The notes beneath the pieces were generated by a model that saw only the letters and a list, made by a program, of their open reading frames with translations, made no database searches and was not told where the DNA came from. A program made the translations under genes and the position numbers. DNA of 64,000 nt from Macrostomum lignano (Eukaryota), in the NCBI GenBank assembly GCA_002269645.1, contig NIVC01000391.1, positions 124,001 through 188,000 on the forward strand, written 5' to 3'. This document shows positions 1 to 10,100 of this stretch, piece by piece; position 1 is the first letter of the stretch; the number at the start of each line of letters is the position of its first letter.

Positions 1-275
1 ATCAAATAGAGGCGAGAATCCATCAAATAGAGGTGAGAGTCCATCAATTAGAGCTGAGAGTCCATCAATTAGAGCTGAGAGTCCATCAATTAGAGCTGAG
101 AGTCTATTAATTAGAGGTGAGGGTCTATCAGAGGTGAGAGTCCATCAATTAGAGCTGAGAGTCTGTCAATTAGAGTCTGTCAATTATAGCTGAGAGTCTA
201 TTAATTAGAGGTGAGGGTCTATCAGAGCTGAGAGTCCATCAACGTTGAGGTGAGAATCTATCAACGTTGAGGTGA
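1..275. repeat. Degenerate ~21-bp minisatellite (CATCAATTAGAGCTGAGAGTC) in an RBM39 intron
   Basis: About a dozen imperfect tandem units directly visible; lies downstream of the GTGAG donor at 391. Confidence 0.85.
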
Positions 276-391
276 GTTTCCACAAATTATAAGTGGGAAT
301 TAATCAAACTCATATTACAATACAAGTATAAATCAAATATGGTTGAGCTACCGTCCCCAGTCAGTGAGCACAGAAATTGTCACAGGCTCAC

Positions 392-2565
392 CCGTCAGCC
401 CGATGGCCAGCTGCACGGAGTCCACATCCTGGAACTCAACATACGCGATGCCCTTGGACCGGCGAGTCCTGTTGTCCATGATCAATCGGACGTCGCGAAT
501 TTTTCCAACGCTAGAGAAAAAGTCGTCCAGATCGCGCGGCCGAATTCTCGGCGACATCTGCCAGACGAAGACTGTCCGAGCGTCCCGGTCCTCTGGGCTG
601 AGCTCTGGCGTCTGGCCCTTAGCGATGCGGTTCTTGTCCGACTGCCAGAACAGCACGCCGCCTTTGCCGCGCTGCAGCTCGTCAGCCGGCGAGCGGGACC
701 TCGAGCGGGACGAGCGGCGGCGGTGACGACGATCCCGATCCCGATCTCGGTCACGGTCCCGATCCCGGTCCCGATCGTCGTCTCTGCGTCGGTCCCGATC
801 GCGATCTCGTCCTCTCCGGTGGTCCCGGTCCCGATCCCGGTCCCTCTCCTTGTCCCGGTCCCGATCCCGGTCCCTCTCCTTGTCCCGGTCCCGATCCCGG
901 TCCCTCTCCTTGTCCCGGTCTCGATCCCGGTTTGATTTTCGTTCGCGACTTCGATCCCGATCTCGATCGCGGTCCCGATGACGATCCCGGTCCCGATCCC
1001 GATCTCGGTCGCGGGATTTCGATCCGCTGTCCTCCGGCTTCGGCGAGTCTTTGTTCACCGGCGGAATCGAGGCGGCCTCATTGGCGTCGTCGCTGGCCTT
1101 CCGTCTAGACGGGGAAGGGAAAGAAACAAAAGTGGGGAAACAGAGACTGAGAGAGGTCGCGATTGATGATAACTGGTGAATGGCTGGACAGTCGGGCGAG
1201 TGAAAACACCCGACAATACAATGCAAAAGCCTATGTCCGGGGTCTTCGCTCATTTGTTACCGTGGCAACTGATCCCTTCTTAATCAAAGCTGCGTCCGCA
1301 GCGGCAGAGGCAGAGAGACATACAGAGCGCCTCCTGCAAGGTTGCGAATTTGTCAAGTCAATAACTTTCAGCACAAGTTTTTTTGTCTTATTAGGCAAAC
1401 AATTTTAAGACGATGATGATGAAGCAAAGCAACCGCGAGGCTGGAGAGCGCGAGACCACACAGCGTTATCCAACTCACTGCCCAATCTCGAAGCCCTAGA
1501 AAGAGGATATTTACAAACTTGGCAACAGCGTAACCAACCAATTCAATTCTCTGGTCTGAATTCAATACCTTAGAAAAGGCAATTAGTTACTTGAGAATGC
1601 TGAGTAACTACTCGACTCATCGCCCCGGTAAGATCTGAAAAGCCAATTAAGCAATTAATCTGTACAGTACAGACGAGGAATAAAAACTGGGGTGCAAGAA
1701 TTGACGAGCTGCCGGAGTAGGAGCCAGCGTAAAATCATCTCGAGCCTTCACACCTGTCAATCAACTGGCGTCAGGCCTGCGGGGTTGTTGATTTTGATTG
1801 CAGTGGTTTGTTGGCATGGTAGCAGCTGCTCAGCTCCCTGCTCGGTGTCAGTTAATGGCCTAATTCTGCCGATCAAAATCAACCGACTGCCAGTTTTGAT
1901 CGGCAATAAAGAACGGCCTATTTTTAATTCTCAACTCGCTACTTGAGAGTAGGATGTCGAGAGGATTTGTCACTAGCCTTTTCATAAGCTTGCTTGTCAA
2001 AATCCTTGACTTTCTAACCTAAGCACGTCAGCTCCTCCCCTAGAACGTGACACATACCTTCCAGGACTGGAACTGCAGGTCCAGACAGACAGACAGGCGC
2101 CTGCTTCAGCAACCTAAGTTTTTTATTTAGGCGCATTTGGGAGCCCCCAATTTAGTTTCGAATATGAAGAAAGTTATTTGCTTTACAGTAAGAAACATGC
2201 AATTAGCTTAGAAGTATGCTTTAGAAATTCCTGCAATCTGACTAATAGAAATATTTAGATATTAAAAAAATAACAAATTCTACATTAAACAAGCTGACAT
2301 CAGGAATTAAACCGGGTCATTGGGAGTAATCACTGACTTACTTGGCTTCTGGTGACCGCTGATTATCTGGTGTGCTGTCCTTCTGTTTGGAACGCGCTGC
2401 AGGCTAAAAAGCACACAATGAAACAGAAATTATTTCTACTACTGAGTACACATTACCTAAAACATTATAAATAGCATAGCATAATTCATTTCAGCTTACC
2501 TTTGAGTGCTTTTTATAAGGAGCTTCTAGCAGCTCTTCTACATCGAAGCTTGAATCTTCTGACAT
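392..2565 (-). CDS. RBM39: RBM39/Caper-like splicing factor, 5' part: coding exons 2565-2500, 2403-2342, 1104-392; gene continues beyond the left edge
   Basis: Exon 1 encodes MSEDSSFDVEELLEAPYKKHSK (RBM39-type N-terminal LEAPYKK). GT/AG sites give consistent phases (66 nt, 62 nt, then +1 nt). Exon 3 has an RD/RS-rich tract followed by RRM1 (RDARTVFVWQMSPRIRPRDLDDFFSSVGKIRDVRLIMDNRTRRSKGIAYVEF). Confidence 0.93.
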
Positions 2566-2843
2566 ACTTTCTGAAATAAAAGTACAATAGGAAAATCAAA
2601 GATTTGCTACTTAGTAACCTCTGTTTTAATTGCAAAAAACTTTATGAATCTACCAGTATAATAGTTATAATAATAAATTTATATATACAAAATATAATTA
2701 AATACTTACAATTTTGTAATGTACAATTGTAAAACTTGGTTATACTTGTAACAGTTATACTAGGTCAAACTTTAAAAGAAAATAGTTAATAATATGATTT
2801 AGCCATAGGCCTACTTTTTAATTGCAATCTTTAATCCTATAGT

Positions 2844-3047
2844 TCTGGTGTATTCTTAACTCACACAACAACTTTATAAGTGAACAAATGTTAACTGTAT
2901 AGTCCAAAGGGCATGTCATGGGCAGAAATTTTCCTTGATTCAACATTTTTGAATCATTCAACACTTAACATTTGACATGCCCTTTGGACTGTACAGTTAA
3001 CATTTGTTCACTTATAAAGTTGTTGTGTGAGTTAAAAATATACCAGA
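2844..3047. repeat. Near-perfect inverted repeat (75-bp arms 2844-2918 and 2973-3047, 54-bp spacer)
   Basis: Arms are reverse complements with a few mismatches; abuts the hammerhead motif. Confidence 0.9.
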
Positions 3048-3084
3048 CCCTGAAGATGGTCATTGTTGGACCGAAACGCGTCGG
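3048..3084 (+). ncRNA. Minimal type I hammerhead ribozyme motif, Penelope-like retroelement remnant
   Basis: CC-CUGAAGA-U-GGUC(auuguug)GACC-GAAA-C(GC)GUC-GG: conserved core boxes, 4-bp stem II, palindromic ACGCGT minimal stem III, GUC cleavage triplet. Confidence 0.75.
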
Positions 3085-4309
3085 AAGAAAGAATTTATTA
3101 TAATCTATGTTGATTTTAACTTTCGTATTTCTCTGCCTGCTAAAGCGTGCTACCTTACGTCAAAAATAGTAATAGAATCCATTTTTGCAGACTATTTTTA
3201 CCTTACTTATACCAACATAAGTCTAAACATTCTTCCAATAGCATGTCATGTAAATAGGCCCTATTACAGCCAAGGTATGAACTATACTATAGGCATTTCA
3301 TTTTTAAAAAAAATTCTTTTGTTTTATCAATTAATTGCTAATGTGATGGACCTTGGATCTTGAATCTGACCCAATTTAAACTATATTTTAGTCTATATCT
3401 CTTAAAAAATAAAAGTCAGGGGTAAAAACCAAGGTAACATTAATGCCCTCCCTCTCCTACTTTAAAAGTAGGCGGCTATGACTTTCTGGGCCTCCTATAG
3501 TTAGGATCATGTTGTTTGTGCCAGAAGTTATCCAAAAATATTTTGTTTATATGCCAGGTACACCAGACACAAGTTAGTGCACAGGGTTATACTCATGGTA
3601 AGTAAACAATCTACTAGCCTTTCCCTTACTCTAGCATAGACATAAAATACAAAATGTTTTTTCACAAAGCTGTAATCCTTTATGTAATTAAATTATATAC
3701 TTAAAACAATGGTGGATCTAGAGGGGTAGGAGGCAGCTATCTCCCTATTTTGCTATTGTTGGACTTACATATAAGGGAAGCATTGCAATTTTGAACTTAA
3801 TTTAAGCCAATATATCCCCTAACCTAAAAAATAAAAAAATCCATCATTGACATACAACTTTAGAAGCACAATGTACATTTTTTTATCAAAATTTATAAAA
3901 TACAAAATTTTTTATAACTAAAATTTCTTAAGCTTGTACAAACTAGGGATTGACTGACCATGATTTTTTTCATGCATGATTGATTGGAACTAGACTGTGC
4001 ATAAAACTGTGTGTGACCATGAAATTTTTATAACATACATTTTAATTTAAACATAGAACTATTAATATTAATATTATCAAGTCTAGTAATTTTTATTGAT
4101 TAAAATTAAGTCTCTGTTTTATCATGTTTATTGTTTGACTGTATTTTATTATGTGGCTTTGTCATATCTGCACTGATTAATTGGAATTTTGGTTTGCTTT
4201 TCACATTGCTTCCTACTTTAGTCAATGTAATAAAGGAAATCAACAAAATTCATACACCACTTTTCTGATCCTATTGCAATGCATGACATAGGTGTGTGGA
4301 TGCCTACCC

Positions 4310-5307
4310 TGTAGAGATCTCCAAATACGATACAAAGTAAACTACTGTAAGTAGTAACATAAAAATGCGAAAAAATTGAATGTTATAAAAATTGCAAACT
4401 GTCATACTCTATTTTAAGACCGTGAATACAACGTACAACGAAGCATGAGACAAGTTGCAACGATGGTGAAATATGTCGCAACTATGGTGAAATATGATGA
4501 AATGAGATAAAATCTGATGAAATATGATGAAATATGAGTCGCGCTACTAAATATATACCAAAAATTCGACTATAAATATAAGCGTAAAATCCGAGCTGAA
4601 ACCTCAGACTCGGAGCAGCCTCAAAAGATCTTGTGGTTAGTTAGAGCAACTAATCGAGGCTATATCTCTGGGAGAGAAGCGTATCAATTGTGAAGTGTTG
4701 TTCAAGTCTTTGTTATTTTGATTAATTGAGAGCGATTTTATTGCCGGCCGGCCGTTGCTGATCCACTGACTTTACTGAGACTATTTGAGGCCTCCCATTT
4801 TCCTAAGGGATTGGATAGGATCTGCGGACCGATTCCGATACCCTTAGAGGATTACTGACTGTTGATTTGGATTATCCTAGGTTAACCGATAGGAGCACAC
4901 GACTCCGATTCCGTTAGATCTAGAAGAAGACGCCCCCTTTGGAGGACCTCGCGTTAGAATTTGAGTTTATTAGGGCGCACTGTTGATACTGATTTGGCAC
5001 TCGAGAAGCGTACTGAATCCCGCACTCAAGGAGATATTTTGACGTCGACTTCACTGTTCTGCTCTCACTCTCGGCCGACTTTGGACTTCGAAGACTTCAA
5101 GAAGATTCCTCCGGAGAAGAAGATTGGAAGAAGCGAACTCTACAAACGCGCGCAAAAAAAAAGAAACAAGGAACAAGCTCGGAGAACCTGCCCGACACAG
5201 AAGAAGAGCCCGCCACAGTAAGTGAACACGTTAATTTTGTTCCCAGGCTTAAGTGTCTGGAAGTGAGAGTTTTCGGGAGACTGATCACCTCCCGAATCAA
5301 CTCCTCA
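4310..5307 (+). repeat. 5' LTR of element 1
   Basis: TGTAGAG...CTCCTCA, 998 bp; about 10 substitutions versus the 3' LTR by eye (~99% identical). Confidence 0.97.
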
Positions 5308-5309
5308 AC

Positions 5310-5327
5310 TGGTGAGCCCGACGTGAT
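5310..5327 (+). promoter_or_regulatory. Primer-binding site, tRNA-Trp-like
   Basis: TGGTGAGCCCGACGTGAT, 2 nt after the LTR; 17/18 match to the tRNA-Trp PBS TGGTGACCCCGACGTGAT of avian sarcoma/leukosis viruses. Confidence 0.85.
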
Positions 5328-6133
5328 ACTGGGCTCTGAGAATTTTTTGTGTAAAAACACACGTGACCTTATTTGGGCAGTGTTAAAAATTTTCTTTGTG
5401 TAACCGACGTGGTTCGGTTATTGCACAAGTCTTTTGTGCTACTGAGCCCACGCAAAGTCTGGGCAGAGAGAAAATTTGTTATCGCACCTACGAATTTCAA
5501 CTTGATTATATAACTTTTACTGCACACTTGACGAAACTCGACTACTGTTAACGTTTCATTTTGATAAGCCTGACCCCAAAAATTTGCTTAGGCAACTGAT
5601 ACCAATTGTTCATCTCACGCTGCGAGTTTTAAATCTCCACGCTGTTTCACGCTGTTTCATTTTGCTCTAGCTCTCGCTGCAGATACCGCTTATCTAAGGA
5701 ATCACCTGTTGTTTACACACTTAGCGCTCTTGACTGGCCATCAAAAGCGTTATCGCTTGTGTCAAACTTTGCTTGACCCAACCTGCGCTGCAAAGCTACA
5801 CCTATCGCGTTAAAATTTCCGCCTGCAACTAATCCAGTTGTATAACACGTCTATTCATTACTGGAATTCAAACGAAAATTACGAAAAACCACTACCCCAA
5901 AACAAAAGAGAAATTTACGAACTGTCCTACCGTTGTCTTGACGCATATACTCTAAAACTCAAACGAAAAATACAAAAAACAGCTCCCAAAAGAAAACGAA
6001 ATTTACTAACTGAACTACTCTCATACACAACACACATACGTGCAAACAATAAACACTTGCCTACAACGCCACACTGGACGATCCATTGGAAATAGACCCA
6101 GATCTCAACCTTCTTCCATTTCCAATCGACAAC

Positions 6134-7126
6134 ATGGCACGAAGGAACCCTGCCGTCCATCGAGATATTAAGGAAACAGTCGGTTCTTACACTATGGACA
6201 AAGATTTTGCGACCTTCATTGACCACTTTGATTTAGTATCACGAGAATATGGATTACAAAATCCAGAAAAGGCGCTACTCCTTCCTCCATTACTACAAGG
6301 CACAGCCAGAGAAATTTATGGAAAATTGGATGCTGCCACACAGAGGGATTACCATGCCATGATTACCCAACTTCGAACACAGTTCGCACGATGCGGAACC
6401 AATCGATTGGTGTTGTTACACAAACTACACAATCGGAAAATGGCACCCACGGAATCATTCCTTACCTTCGTCGATGATATTCGAAAAATCATCAAAGCCT
6501 TGCATCAACAACAACCTCAACCAGCAGTAGCAGCTCAACCCCTTGGACCAGCAGAAGTGGCTGCTAGAGAAAGACAACGGCTTGCAGATCAAGAACAAAG
6601 TCTAATTCTTAATGTCATTAACAACGCTCAACCTGCCTTGCGAGATAGACTCTTGTGAGAAACAATTGAGACAGAAGAGCAGTTACTCCGCTGCGGAATG
6701 CAGTGGGAGGCAAGCGCACCTCTTCTTGCTAACCGCGCTAGTGACACCACACAATTAGCAGAACAATTAAGCAAGCTTATGCAACAACACCAAGCCGCAG
6801 CAATTGCAATGCGCCCGCAGCAAAGCAACCCTCGAAACGTTACTTGTCACAATTGCGGAAGAATGGGTCATTACTACAGAGATTGCCGACAAAACTTGCG
6901 CCAGAGTCAGCCACGAAATTATTCTGGTGGAAACAGACGAGACAATTGGTCTCGCTATCCTAATCAACAATATCCACCAAACAGAAATCGGATGAATAAC
7001 CGACCACCACCTTGGCGGGATAATCGTCCTAACAACACGATGGTACCTTACAATCCACGCCGAACAGCCCCACCAAGGCAGCCAACGCAGGTTTATAGAC
7101 AGTACACACAGGCCATTGAACCATAG
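6134..7126 (+). pseudogene. gag: Gag of element 1 (capsid-like region plus CCHC zinc knuckle), interrupted by an in-frame TGA at 6656-6658
   Basis: ORFs 6086-6658 and 6698-7126 share one frame; likely start MARRNP at 6134; CHNCGRMGHYYRDC knuckle; ends at TAG 7124-7126. Confidence 0.9.
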
Positions 7127-10100
7127 GTCAGTGAACAACAGGCTATCGAACCAAAATTTTCGGTGGAGGAACTGACGCCAGACTTCAGCATCAATGTACT
7201 TGATACCCTCCTTGAAGACACCGACTACCTGTTACCATCTCCAGTGGTACACGAATCTGAACCAAAATACGAGAATCTTGCTACAATTCTTGCTGCTGAA
7301 CGACGGAAACGGACAAACAAAGCTGTGAATACTCAACCGTTTCACCTCACACGCAACCAGTTCACTCAAACAGAAGATAACACCTACGTTATGATGAATG
7401 TCGGAGAACTGCGTCAAGAGACCTCTTCTATGCCGACTCAACCAGAATTTATGGATACTTTTCGAAGCCACCCTACGACGTGTCACCCACCAGCGTATCA
7501 GGAACCTCTAACACCAGTACCACACTCAAGAAAATGGTTCTTCCATCCACAAGACATTACTCCAGCTGAAGAACCAGAGAATGACTATGAAGAATTGGAT
7601 GAGACCACGATTACAAGTCACTCCAACAACAGAGAAGGACAAGAACAAAGTATGTCGATACCAAAGAAGAGCAAGAAGAGACACCCTCTAATAAAATGGC
7701 TATTTGCGATGATCCTTCTCGTCTTGCTACCACTGGTAACTTCAACTTCAGTACCAATGATCTGTCCTACAGATGCTACTATCCAGCCTGTCATCTACAA
7801 AATTCCTACGGAAGTCAAATGCAGTTACTTTAAGACGAATCAAACAAAGCCACTGCCGCTTACGATCGACATCTACAAAGCAAATACAAAGAAGCACCGA
7901 CAGATGGGAATTGTGTGCTTTAGAGACAAAGACGAACTCAAAAAGATTTGGATGGTACAATGGAACCGAATCAGATATTGGCAAACATCGATGAAGGTAT
8001 CACATGAAGAATGCCTCCAGTGGAACCAAACCCTGTTTTCCAAAGACGGTGAATTGAAGCTCCACGATACCTCAGCAAGCGGAGCACAACTATTCCGCAC
8101 TAACAACGTTGCCGATGGAAGATATGTACATTACCACGCAGCGCGATGGCCACTATACACCGTCTACAACAGCTATCTGATTCGAAACGTCTTGTTCTAC
8201 CACAATCCTTTCGACAACATGGAATCCTTGCAACTACCGCTTGACCAATGCCACTACAGCTCAGGATATTGCGCTACTCCTAACTACTACAAAGAGGAAG
8301 CTCAAAACTTACCGCTAGCTCCAAATTATTTTCATAACTATCGATACCAAATCGAGTACAGATCGGATTCTCGATACAAGGAACCGAGTCGAACTCGCAA
8401 ATACTTCATCGCATGGGAAGTTAAAACTGAAATAGATTGCAAACTACGGAAATACCACACTGTTCAAGGAAAATTGTTATCCAACACCTTCCTTGCAGAC
8501 TCCGGAGATCTAGCTCTTACTTTTCCGAAACAGCCAAGCTACACACAGTTGAAATGTAAAGACAACAATGAACAACTAATCCTATCTGACCAAGAAATAC
8601 CAATCATGCTAAAAGATATGGAGAAGAGCGTATTCTTGAAGGTAGTAAATGGAACCTATCCAAAAGAAGAAACATTGGAAAGACAGAAGCGAAACCTGGA
8701 TAAACCCTCGCTAGTATCGGCACGACTTCTGGCAGCAAAGCTGGCCACCATGGAACACAAACTACACAAGCAACTGAACTATCTGCACCGATCCATGGTC
8801 AAACTAACATGTCAAATGCACGAAACCAGTCTAAATTATGCAAGACAAAACTATTATGTCAATCCCACGACGACCTTCAGGAAGATCACAGGAATTGAAG
8901 ATGTCCTGGCAATTCCAGTCTACGGATATTTGCTAATCTACAAGTGTACTCCAATACAGCATTTCAACATTTTGCCGGCAAAAACGGCAACAACCTGTTA
9001 CGATAAACCCCGTATCGAAGCCTTCCACAATGGAAGACGAATTCAAGGATTTTTGGACACAGTACACAACATCATTGTCGGAACTGCCATTCCACGACCA
9101 TGTACCAACTCAGCTAACTATTTCAACGTGAATGGTCTACTACATCAAATTTCGTCGATGGGAGATATCAAGAACATCTCAAATTCACAGCTTATCGTTG
9201 ATGAGATGTACGAAATGTCCGATCTTCAGTTGAAATTCAATAAGCCCTTTGGAGATATTAAACTGGATGAAATCACCCCAGGATGGACAATTAACGATTT
9301 CCTACAAGTCTTTATCTCACAACGACAACTACTAACGAAGCTTTTTACGGAACGACAACGAGATGCAAAACGACCTACATCGCCGATGGGAATGACCATG
9401 CATAACGCCATCCAATCATTTTGGTCAAACAGCTTTTTGGATTTGATACAAGGAAGAGGAAGTCTGTACCAAGGATTCATATTTTCTAGCGCATGCATCG
9501 TGTGGGTCCATTTGGCGCTCATAATCCTCGTAACTGCAGTCAGATGTGCAGCAAGAGCCTGCCCTCAACAACTACATATTTTCCCAGTCGGACAAAAGGA
9601 AGACGAAACAAAGGAAGAACCAACGGAAAATACGCCACTACAAGAAATGACACCGCCAGTGCCGATGCCAACAGCTCCAACAACTCAAGACATTTATCCG
9701 AAAATTAATCATAAACTTGCTACGCCGTTGCCAACTCCACCACCGCACAACAGCGATCCAAAATGGCCTGAAAATTACGTCTGCACACTACAAGCCAACA
9801 TGGGACGTGCAGTAGCACAGGTCCTCATCAACAACTTGCCTAGTAAGGCACTTCTCGATTCCGGTAGCTCAATTACCGTCATCACGAAGAAGCTTTGCAA
9901 CAAACTACAACTAACCTTGCGTCCAGCCTCCATCGCCATTGCAGGAGCAGGAGGACATGCTCTCAACATCTTGGGACAAGCAGGAATCACACTCAAGATT
10001 GCGAACAAACAGCTACCAGTCCAGGCGTACATCATTGACCATCTGCCAAATCAAGACATGATTATTGGAATCGACACCTTCCGACAATTGAAGTTACCGC

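Noticed and set aside
339-1253. ORF-track start MSEDPGHR.. at 1253 and plus-strand ORFs 339-935 and 343-726
   Set aside because: The true exon begins at the acceptor at 1104; the plus-strand ORFs are antisense shadows of the RD-repeat exon.
4961-5360. ORFs inside the LTRs (also 16474-16915) and leader ORF 5838-6095
   Set aside because: Short, no recognisable motifs; duplicated only because the LTR is duplicated.
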